A stretch of DNA of 20,000 nt from an uncultured virus (IMG/VR IMGVR_UViG_3300034066_002051) (lineage: Duplodnaviria; Heunggongvirae; Uroviricota; Caudoviricetes). Position 1 is the first letter of the stretch, and each line of letters starts with the position of its first letter. Made by a program: the position numbers and the translations under genes. The stretch lies in the IMG/VR virus record IMGVR_UViG_3300034066_002051; one strand, given 5' to 3'. Positions 1-5,428 of the stretch are shown here, piece by piece. The notes below the pieces were generated by a model, which did not search any database, was not told where the DNA came from, and worked only from the letters and a program-made list of their open reading frames with translations.

Positions 1-248
1 TGATAAGTTAGTTTGTAAGTCCACATAAAGTTACAAACCGACTCTTTCACCCAAAGAGTGCATGGATGGTTTTTAAACCCGCGGACTTTATAGAACTCTC
101 CATCTTTCTTCCGAGCAGGATTCAATCCATGATGGGCAAGAGCAACGCTCATCATTTGAAGATGCTCGATGATCATCTTGTTGACATGCTTATCGCAATG
201 GTACTCCGCTGCAGTCTTAGGATCGTGATCAAGGAAGAAGATGTTCAT
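1..248 (-). CDS. Pyrimidine-dimer DNA glycosylase / endonuclease V-like family protein (partial, runs off the window edge)
   Basis: Not in ORF track. ATG at 248 translates MNIFFLDHDPKTAAEYHCDKHVNKMIIEHLQMMS...KNHPCTLWVKES..NFMW with no stop. MNIF..D...A..HCDKH..KM..E..Q and HP...W...S..N..W match the Pyr_excise-like family common in phages. Confidence 0.8.
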   Translation of the reverse strand, partial: MNIFFLDHDPKTAAEYHCDKHVNKMIIEHLQMMSVALAHHGLNPARKKDGEFYKVRGFKNHPCTLWVKESVCNFMWTYKLTY

Positions 249-270
249 GACAAAAAAAATCCCTAGAGCA

Positions 271-300
271 ATCATACTCCAAGGACGGGGGTCGTGTCAA
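271..300 (-). promoter_or_regulatory. Sigma70-type (early) promoter
   Basis: Minus strand TTGACA (300-295), 18-nt spacer, TATGAT (276-271), 22 nt before the ATG at 248. Confidence 0.65.
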
Positions 301-307
301 GAGAAGT

Positions 308-493
308 TTACACGTCGTAAATTTTGCATTCAGGCGCTCCTGGATGTTTTTGGCAATAAGTCTCTAATGATGTAGATGCCGATAATGTGATTACCTCATC
401 GTCAATAATGAGGGTAGCTTTAGCATCACCGGTAAAACTAATGCTCCCACCGGGTTTAATTTTTAAACTATCTGAAAAAGTAATATCTTCCAT
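308..493 (-). CDS. cp12: CP12-like protein (C-terminal CP12 motif, atypical N-terminus)
   Basis: C-terminus LETYCQKHPGAPECKIYDV matches the CP12 C-x8-C..YD signature. Confidence 0.75.
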   Translation of the reverse strand: MEDITFSDSLKIKPGGSISFTGDAKATLIIDDEVITLSASTSLETYCQKHPGAPECKIYDV

Positions 494-508
494 ATGGTTA
501 CCTTAAAC

Positions 509-537
509 AAAAAAGCATTTGTCAGGATTTTCTGACA
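509..537 (-). terminator. Putative intrinsic terminator after tRNA-Val
   Basis: Minus strand TGTCAG-AAAATC-CTGACA, then AATGC and TTTTTT; the U-tract is offset from the stem. Confidence 0.4.
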
Positions 538-609
538 TGGGCGATACTGGATTCGAACCAGTGACCATCTCCGTGTAAAGGAGGCACTCTACCGCTGAGT
601 TAATCGCCC
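538..609 (-). tRNA. trnV: tRNA-Val(UAC)
   Basis: GGGCGATTAACTCAGCGGTAGAGTGCCTCC-TTTACAC-GGAGATGGTCACTGGTTCGAATCCAGTATCGCCCA; cloverleaf, no encoded CCA. Confidence 0.95.
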
Positions 610-752
610 TTGGAAACGCAGATCTTTAACCAATTAACTAGGTTATTATACCCTAAATGGTCAAAATCTGGGCAATCTATTGAATGTGCTTCTAGATAAA
701 ACTCTAGAGCCTCGATTACCATTTCATAATCTTGACGTGAAAGAAGAGCCAT
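600..752 (-). CDS. Small hypothetical protein (50 aa)
   Basis: Not in ORF track. MALLSRQDYEMVIEALEFYLEAHSIDCPDFDHLGYNNLVNWLKICVSKGD; packed 3 nt after the upstream stop; last 10 nt overlap the tRNA-Val 5' end. Confidence 0.6.
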   Translation of the reverse strand: MALLSRQDYEMVIEALEFYLEAHSIDCPDFDHLGYNNLVNWLKICVSKGD

Positions 753-755
753 TTG

Positions 756-863
756 TCAATCCTCGCATTCATCTTCGTAGGTAGATGGCTCTTCAAAAAG
801 TTCCCGTATCTTGAGTCGATGGGCCATCTCCATCAACTCTCTAAACTCATCCTCGGTAATCAA
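756..863 (-). CDS. Small acidic hypothetical protein (35 aa, TTG start)
   Basis: Not in ORF track. MITEDEFRELMEMAHRLKIRELFEEPSTYEDECED; start overlaps the upstream stop (TTGA). ELFEEPSTYED resembles small cyanophage ORFs as I recall them. Confidence 0.6.
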   Translation of the reverse strand: MITEDEFRELMEMAHRLKIRELFEEPSTYEDECED

Positions 864-1168
864 TCGTTCTTCAGCCATGGTGGAGCTTTAAACCATTTTG
901 CCAAGGTGTCTGGATCTTGTGGTCCGATGAGATGGTTAGAAGGATCAGGATCGCCAAGATCTAAATCGTTCATAAACTCATCAAGAGAGTCCTTCTCAGG
1001 AACTCCATTGATTGATACTCTACGGGCCTTATTGAGTATCGAAGCTGCTGAGCGATTATGATCTGCCCACTTCTGCGCCCATTGCATCTCTTCAAAAGAG
1101 ACCTCTTTGTGTAAGGCGATTTTTTCGGCAATTGCCTCTAGCCTCAGTCGGGTTTCTGTAGAAAGCAT
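860..1168 (-). CDS. Conserved cyanophage-type hypothetical protein (102 aa)
   Basis: MLST..RLRLEAI.EKI and LDLGDPDPSNH motifs typical of a T4-like cyanophage hypothetical family; preceded by the GGTTAAAGAT motif. Confidence 0.8.
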   Translation of the reverse strand: MLSTETRLRLEAIAEKIALHKEVSFEEMQWAQKWADHNRSAASILNKARRVSINGVPEKDSLDEFMNDLDLGDPDPSNHLIGPQDPDTLAKWFKAPPWLKND

Positions 1169-1201
1169 AATTTTCTTTCAATAAGGATCTTTAACCTTAA
1201 A

Positions 1202-1284
1202 TGTCTGAGAGAGGACTTGAACCTCCACGTCGCAAGGACACAGGTACCTAAAACCTGGGCGTCTACCAATTCCGCCACTCAGAC
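1202..1284 (-). tRNA. trnL: tRNA-Leu(UAG)
   Basis: GTCTGAGTGGCGGAATTGGTAGACGCC-CAGGT-TTTAGGT-ACCTG, long variable arm, GGAGGTTCAAGTCCTCTCTCAGACA. Confidence 0.95.
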
Positions 1285-1285
1285 C

Positions 1286-1361
1286 TGGTGCGGATTGCGT
1301 GGATCGAACACGCCTAAGGCGAATTATGAGTTCGCTGCATTCACCAGATTGCTAAATCCGC
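1286..1361 (-). tRNA. tRNA with CAU anticodon, probably Ile2 (lysidine type); Met not excluded
   Basis: GCGGATTTAGCAATCTGGTGAATGCA-GCGAA-CTCATAA-TTCGC...GTTCGATCCACGCAATCCGCACCA with encoded CCA. Lacks the initiator GGG/CCC anticodon stem. Confidence 0.9.
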
Positions 1362-1366
1362 AAGTG

Positions 1367-1476
1367 ACCCCCTTGTTTGAGCATCATTCGGCGTCCCGAG
1401 ATAGGCTTAGGGGGTGTTGCTTGATGGAGTAAGCGTAATATACCTCAAGGATATAGCAGAGGCTTACCCTCTATCA
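1367..1476 (-). ncRNA. Two structured RNA elements between tRNAs (1367-1415 and 1422-1476)
   Basis: Element 1: ACCCCCT/AGGGGGT closing stem, inner AGC/GCT, ATC/GAT and TCGG-GACG-CCGA. Element 2: TGATAGAGGGTAAGC/GCTTACTCCATCA enclosing TATATC-CTTGA-GGTATA. Confidence 0.5.
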
Positions 1477-1479
1477 CTT

Positions 1480-1551
1480 TCCCCTGGCTGGGAATCGAAC
1501 CCAGTATCTATGTGTGTTGTCCACCCGTCCTTACCAATAGACTAACAGGAG
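1480..1551 (-). ncRNA. tRNA-like element with intact D and T arms and degenerate anticodon arm (nominal AAC)
   Basis: CTCCTGT-TA-GTCT-ATTGGTAA-GGAC-G-GGTGG-ACAACAC-ACATA-GATA-CTGGG-TTCGATT-CCCAG-CCAGGGG-A. Only 3 of 5 anticodon-stem pairs form and position 33 is C, not U. Confidence 0.7.
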
Positions 1552-1555
1552 AAGG

Positions 1556-1653
1556 GGCTCCATGAGTACCCATAGAGCCACTAGGCACTTAGTTTTTCAC
1601 TATATTAGAGGATAGTGAATACGTGATAGAATCGGATGTTTCCAACCCTATCA
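1556..1653 (-). ncRNA. Three tandem hairpins (1556-1579, 1596-1619, 1624-1653)
   Basis: TGATAGGGTTGGA-AACA-TCCGATTCTATCA (13 bp, 3 G-U); TTCACTAT-8 nt-ATAGTGAA; GGCTCTATGG-GTAC-TCATGGAGCC (10 bp, 2 G-U). Mismatches read as G-U only on the minus strand. Confidence 0.5.
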
Positions 1654-1654
1654 A

Positions 1655-1726
1655 CTCCACAACCTGGATTCGAACCAGGGACCAAGTGATTAACAGTCAC
1701 CGACTCTACCGCTGAGCTATTGTGGA
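1655..1726 (-). tRNA. trnN: tRNA-Asn(GUU)
   Basis: TCCACAATAGCTCAGCGGTAGAGTC-GGTGA-CTGTTAA-TCACT-TGGTCCCTGGTTCGAATCCAGGTTGTGGAG. Confidence 0.95.
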
Positions 1727-1749
1727 ATATATGGGCCTATAGTGCCCAA

Positions 1750-1821
1750 TAGGACTGCGGAGAATTGAACTCCGTTCACACCGTTATAAGCAGTGGGCCT
1801 TAACCAATAGGCGACAGTCCC
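1750..1821 (-). tRNA. trnI: tRNA-Ile(UAU)
   Basis: GGGACTGTCGCCTATTGGTTAAGGCC-CACTG-CTTATAA-CGGTG-TGAACGGAGTTCAATTCTCCGCAGTCCTA. Confidence 0.93.
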
Positions 1822-1825
1822 AAGA

Positions 1826-1990
1826 TCAATCGGAATTGGAATCCCGATGTATAACCATTATACCATAGATCGGAACAAATATCAAGAGGAAACTTAAGAC
1901 ACCCGTAATTCCAACCCTATACGTATGAAGCATCTCGTGAATCCACGGGGATAACTGCGCCAGTGGAGTCTTTGACAATAAAAATAGCAT
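1826..1990 (-). CDS. Small membrane protein (start uncertain: ATG 1990 or TTG 2008)
   Basis: Hydrophobic segment GITGVLSFLLIFVPIYGIMVIH; extended -10 TGGTATAAT at 2031-2023 upstream. Confidence 0.55.
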   Translation of the reverse strand: MLFLLSKTPLAQLSPWIHEMLHTYRVGITGVLSFLLIFVPIYGIMVIHRDSNSD

Positions 1991-2074
1991 AGTGACCTGG
2001 GAAATCAACTGATACGCACTGTATTATACCAGTTTTCCAAGTTTTTTGATATATAAACCCTATCCTTTTCCCTC

Positions 2075-2491
2075 TCATTTAGTATTATGCATCGACGGAA
2101 CAGAGGGGAACATGGACTCAAGAACGTTTACTTGACCGGCAATAATCCCAACGACTAAAAGAACACCGGCGAATATCCAACGAAATTTAGATAACTCATC
2201 AAATCTTGTTTTTAGGTTACTTATTTCTGTTTCTGTATGAGAAATATCTGTTTGATGTTTGATTTTAATTTCATCCAAAAGTTTCATGATTGCTGTGTCA
2301 GATTGGATGGTTTGATCTAGACGTTCCTCATGACGGACAAGAATCTTGGCTACATTCTGATTTGCTTCCGAAATCTTATCTACTGCCGCTTCGAGTTTTG
2401 AAAGCATTTCTCTGGACAGTTCCTCGTATACATCAAGTTTTTCTTCTAATACGGCCAGTCTTACGTCTGAGCCACGGAACGGACTTGCCAT
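2075..2491 (-). CDS. Coiled-coil protein with a C-terminal transmembrane helix
   Basis: Heptad-rich LAVLEEKLDVYEELSREML.KLE.AV.KISE, then RWIFAGVLLVVGIIAG; preceded by GTTTAAAGAT. Confidence 0.8.
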   Translation of the reverse strand: MASPFRGSDVRLAVLEEKLDVYEELSREMLSKLEAAVDKISEANQNVAKILVRHEERLDQTIQSDTAIMKLLDEIKIKHQTDISHTETEISNLKTRFDELSKFRWIFAGVLLVVGIIAGQVNVLESMFPSVPSMHNTK

Positions 2492-2555
2492 TTGAGTATC
2501 TCTTGATACAACTATTCTCGAATATATCTTTAAACAAACAACCTTTTATGTTTAA

Positions 2556-2639
2556 CGGAGAGGGTGGGATTCGAACCCACGGTGCTCATCACACGGCAGT
2601 TTTCAAGACTGCTGCCATCAACCACTCGGCCACCTCTCC
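2556..2639 (-). tRNA. trnS: tRNA-Ser(UGA)
   Basis: GGAGAGGTGGCCGAGTGGTTGATGGCA-GCAGT-CTTGAAA-ACTGC, long variable arm, GTGGGTTCGAATCCCACCCTCTCCG. Confidence 0.95.
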
Positions 2640-2641
2640 AG

Positions 2642-2665
2642 AAAAACCTACTCAATTAGTAGGTC
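2642..2665 (-). terminator. Intrinsic terminator of the SLH-hli-smORF unit
   Basis: Minus strand GACCTACT-AATTG-AGTAGGTT followed by T-run. Confidence 0.6.
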
Positions 2666-2742
2666 TTAGCCAATTCATTCACGGAGTGAAAAAGGAGCAC
2701 CAGGAAACTGATGCTCGTTATAGTGAAGATAACTTCACCCAT
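2656..2742 (-). CDS. Small hydrophobic peptide (28 aa) coupled to hli
   Basis: Not in ORF track. MGEVIFTITSISFLVLLFHSVNELAKTY; ATG overlaps the hli stop (TGATG). Confidence 0.6.
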   Translation of the reverse strand: MGEVIFTITSISFLVLLFHSVNELAKTY

Positions 2743-2960
2743 CACCAAATGCCAGGAATGATCTGCCCGGTTAAGGCATAGGCGCCAAATGCTGCAACGA
2801 TACCAAGCATGGCAAATCGGCCATTAAGCATCTCTGCACGTTCGTTATGAGTCTGGTAAGTTTCTTTTTCCATTTGTTCTGTAATGATAGGATCGATGTA
2901 CATTTCAGGTTCTTTGGCAAACATATTCTGTTGGCCAAATTCATTCGTGGTAACGGTCAT
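2742..2960 (-). CDS. hli: High-light-inducible protein
   Basis: AEMLNGRFAMLG chlorophyll-binding motif and TGQIIPGIW C-terminus typical of phage/multicopy Hli. Confidence 0.97.
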   Translation of the reverse strand: MTVTTNEFGQQNMFAKEPEMYIDPIITEQMEKETYQTHNERAEMLNGRFAMLGIVAAFGAYALTGQIIPGIW

Positions 2961-3817
2961 TAGAATTTGAAACCGAGACCAGTAGTGAATACAGGGGAAT
3001 AGGTACCATTGGTTGCACCGTAGCTATTAGAAGCATTGGTGGTAGGGAACTTGAGATCAGCAAAACCAACCAAGGAATTGGTCAGACGACCTTCGATGCC
3101 CAAGGCAAGAATTACTTGGCCTTTTTCACCAATAGCAGATTGGAAATTGGCTGCGGTATTATTCACAAAAGGAACTTGGTAACCGACACCGGTGTAGATA
3201 TTAGCGGCGCTTACGCCAGCTTTACGGGCGATACTCCAGTCATAAGAGAGAAGACCACCACCTGCTGCTCCAATCTCACCGGCAGGAGTGCCAACGAAAT
3301 TAGCATAAGGACGGACAGAAACAGCATTTTGGTTATTAAAGGTCTTTACAGCGTAACGACCTTGGACAGTACCACCAGAGATAGTACGGTTTTCAGTATA
3401 ACCATTGCCATCAATACCTTGCTTATTCAGAAGAACGCCAGCACCTAGGTAGTTGTTAACACCTTGGGCTTTTTGAGCAGCAATACGCTCAAGTTTAGTT
3501 ACACGAGTATCAACGCCAGCGAATTGGGCACGGAGAGCCTGAGCAAGTGCAGCATCTTTTGCATCTGCATATTCCTCGATGCGATCGAGACAAGCATTAG
3601 TCAGAGCAGCAAGTTGAGCACGAGTGGTAGGTTCGCCGGGCTGGAAAGTACCATTGGGGAATCCAACAGCGCAACCATACTTATCCTTGAGGTTCATGAT
3701 TGCCTGATACGCCCAGTTGGTCGGCTGGACATCGGGGAATTGACCTTGAGGAGCTGCAGTGGCAACACCAGGGGCGATTACGCCGAGTGCACCGATAGCT
3801 GAGACGAGTTTTTTCAT
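2960..3817 (-). CDS. SLH-domain outer-membrane beta-barrel (porin-like) protein
   Basis: Signal peptide; SLH domain FPDVQPTNWAYQAI..L..KYGC..GFPNGTF.....TRAQLAA as in cyanobacterial porins; coiled coil; amphipathic strands ending in GLGFKF. Confidence 0.85.
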   Translation of the reverse strand: MKKLVSAIGALGVIAPGVATAAPQGQFPDVQPTNWAYQAIMNLKDKYGCAVGFPNGTFQPGEPTTRAQLAALTNACLDRIEEYADAKDAALAQALRAQFAGVDTRVTKLERIAAQKAQGVNNYLGAGVLLNKQGIDGNGYTENRTISGGTVQGRYAVKTFNNQNAVSVRPYANFVGTPAGEIGAAGGGLLSYDWSIARKAGVSAANIYTGVGYQVPFVNNTAANFQSAIGEKGQVILALGIEGRLTNSLVGFADLKFPTTNASNSYGATNGTYSPVFTTGLGFKF

Positions 3818-3840
3818 ACTTTCTTAATAATTGTAAGAAC

Positions 3841-3871
3841 AAAAGAGAAGAGGGACTTATTGTCTCTTCTC
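3841..3871 (-). terminator. Putative intrinsic terminator after tRNA-Gly
   Basis: Minus strand GAGAAGAG-11 nt-CTCTTCTC-TTTTGTT. Confidence 0.55.
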
Positions 3872-3872
3872 A

Positions 3873-3944
3873 AGCGGGGTATCGGAATCGAACCGACGAC
3901 ATCTAACTTGGAAGGATAGCGTTCTACCGCTGAACTAACCCCGC
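3873..3944 (-). tRNA. trnG: tRNA-Gly(UCC)
   Basis: GCGGGGTTAGTTCAGCGGTAGAACG-CTATC-CTTCCAA-GTTAG-ATGTCGTCGGTTCGATTCCGATACCCCGCT. Confidence 0.93.
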
Positions 3945-3948
3945 GAGG

Positions 3949-4022
3949 CGTCTCAAGAGGGACTTGAACCCCCGACAAACTGCTTAGAAGGCAGATGCTC
4001 TATCCATCTGAGCTATTGAGAC
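3949..4022 (-). tRNA. trnR: tRNA-Arg(UCU)
   Basis: GTCTCAATAGCTCAGATGGATAGAGCA-TCTGC-CTTCTAA-GCAGT-TTGTCGGGGGTTCAAGTCCCTCTTGAGACG. Confidence 0.95.
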
Positions 4023-4034
4023 ATTGACCTCTAT

Positions 4035-4063
4035 ATTCTATCAGAAAATCCTCAGATGGTCAA
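4035..4063 (-). promoter_or_regulatory. Sigma70-type promoter for tRNA-Arg/Gly
   Basis: TTGACC (4063-4058), 17 nt, TAGAAT (4040-4035) with TGn extension. Confidence 0.7.
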
Positions 4064-4726
4064 TACCTTTTCATGGCCCACTCGGATTTTTGGATCAACC
4101 CATATGTCATAACCAGCATTTTTTGCATCGATGCAGAAGGAGACATCTTCTGAACATACATCTTCTAAATCTTCACCTATTTTTATAAGTTTTGGCGCAA
4201 ACCATGGATAGGAGATGGATTCAAACACGCCTCGTTTTATTAGCACCCAACCAAAACCAACATAATCAGCTTTAAATAGCGAATTACGTTTACTCATGGC
4301 ATCTTCGGAGATAAATTCAAAATATCCATGAGATTTGAAATATTCATCATCCATTTTTTCAACAATAGGAGTTAATCCTCCGGGTTGAATATACCAACCA
4401 GAGACTATATCTCTGTCCTGCTCAAGGAGTTTAAAAAAATCCGCTGAGGTGAATGCAATATCACTATCAATCCACATCATGTAGTCATATTCTATTGCCC
4501 CTCCAAATGGAACTTGGTACTTGCCACGGGTGACATTTGCACCCATTACTTTACACCTAGCGTAGTTAACCATGGAACTATAATCTTGGGAGATGATAGT
4601 ATTTATTCCAATTTGTCTACAATCTAATAGGAGTTGAGTAAATCGTACTAAAAACCTCCCAGAATAATGAGATCCTGGAAGGCAAAAAACAATAGTTTTA
4701 CCAAAGTAACGTCTATTTAGTTCCAT
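4052..4726 (-). CDS. GT-A fold glycosyltransferase (224 aa)
   Basis: DxD motif YMMWIDSD, GFGWVLIK.GVFE, SEDVSFC and RVGHEK. Start moved to ATG 4726 because the upstream ORF extension is tRNA-Pro. Confidence 0.85.
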   Translation of the reverse strand: MELNRRYFGKTIVFCLPGSHYSGRFLVRFTQLLLDCRQIGINTIISQDYSSMVNYARCKVMGANVTRGKYQVPFGGAIEYDYMMWIDSDIAFTSADFFKLLEQDRDIVSGWYIQPGGLTPIVEKMDDEYFKSHGYFEFISEDAMSKRNSLFKADYVGFGWVLIKRGVFESISYPWFAPKLIKIGEDLEDVCSEDVSFCIDAKNAGYDIWVDPKIRVGHEKVLTI

Positions 4727-4730
4727 AATA

Positions 4731-4804
4731 TCGGGATAGCAGGATTCGAACCCGCGACCTAATGCTCCCAAAGCATCCGCGCTACCAAGCTGCGCTATAT
4801 CCCG
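4731..4804 (-). tRNA. trnP: tRNA-Pro(UGG)
   Basis: CGGGATATAGCGCAGCTTGGTAGCGCG-GATGC-TTTGGGA-GCATT-AGGTCGCGGGTTCGAATCCTGCTATCCCGA. Confidence 0.95.
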
Positions 4805-4881
4805 TGGAGCCACAAGTCGGACTTGAACCGACGACCTACGGTTTACAAAACCGTTGCTCTATCCAGCTGAGCTATAGTGGC
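4805..4881 (-). tRNA. trnT: tRNA-Thr(UGU)
   Basis: GCCACTATAGCTCAGCTGGATAGAGCA-ACGGT-TTTGTAA-ACCGT...GTTCAAGTCCGACTTGTGGCTCCA; encoded CCA abuts tRNA-Pro with no spacer. Confidence 0.95.
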
Positions 4882-4914
4882 AGAAAGGGACGTTAAAGTC
4901 CCATATCTTTAACC

Positions 4915-5337
4915 TTAATTTTCGGTTGTTTCAACAAAAGCAGTCTTGAAACCTTCAACTGCTGCTTGGGCCACCGCAAAATCATCCTCTACTGTCGAGC
5001 CGGAAACACCTACACCACCAAGAATAACACCATCTGGAGTAGTTAGAGGGACCCCGCCAGGAAAAGTAATAAGACCATTGTTAGAATGTTCAATATTATA
5101 CAGACTACCACCCGGTTGAGATAGTTTTCCAATTTCTTGAGTCTCCATGTCAAAAAATGTTGCTGTGCGAGCTTTCTTAATAGAGATGTCCACGCTTCCC
5201 ACCCATGCCCCATCTTCACGGGCAAAGGCAACCAAATTCCCACCACGATCAACAACCGCGATGTTCATCTTAGTGCCAATTTCATTACTTTTTTTCAAAC
5301 CTGCATTTACTGCTTGGATTGCTGCTGCAAAATACAT
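4915..5337 (-). CDS. GlcG/HbpS family heme-binding protein (PduO C-terminal-like)
   Basis: [19 protein letters not shown]...S.DIS.KKARTA and FPGGVPL....[10 protein letters not shown].....D..VA. ATG 5337 preferred because extended -10 TGGTATAAT lies at 5369-5361. Confidence 0.9.
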   Translation of the reverse strand: MYFAAAIQAVNAGLKKSNEIGTKMNIAVVDRGGNLVAFAREDGAWVGSVDISIKKARTATFFDMETQEIGKLSQPGGSLYNIEHSNNGLITFPGGVPLTTPDGVILGGVGVSGSTVEDDFAVAQAAVEGFKTAFVETTEN

Positions 5338-5392
5338 AAAAATCTTTAGATTACTAAACAATTATACCAGGTAAATTCCATAATTATCTCTA

Positions 5393-5402
5393 GTTTAAAG
5401 AT
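5393..5402 (+). promoter_or_regulatory. G(G/T)TTAAAGAT motif, candidate phage late promoter (representative copy)
   Basis: Exact copies at 622, 1187, 2526, 4905, 11966 (minus) and 5393 (plus), each oriented towards the downstream gene. Confidence 0.6.
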
Positions 5403-5428
5403 ACAAGAGATATAGAGCATAAGTTGTT

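Noticed and set aside
66..266. Plus-strand 66-aa ORF
   Set aside because: Antisense shadow of the glycosylase-like gene on the minus strand.
645..675. Sigma70 promoter upstream of tRNA-Val (TATAAT at 650-645)
   Set aside because: Candidate -35 boxes are 8 or 19 nt away, so support is weak.
1217..1432. Plus-strand ORFs 753-1061, 1217-1432 and 2290-2781
   Set aside because: Antisense to tRNAs or to better-supported minus-strand genes.
4052..4726. GT-A glycosyltransferase as second-sugar enzyme of the DNA modification pathway
   Set aside because: It is over 7 kb from agt-glf and resembles a widespread cyanophage family; there is no linkage evidence.
4727..4813. N-terminal extension of the glycosyltransferase ORF
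   Set aside because: It is the tRNA-Pro/Thr sequence read in frame.
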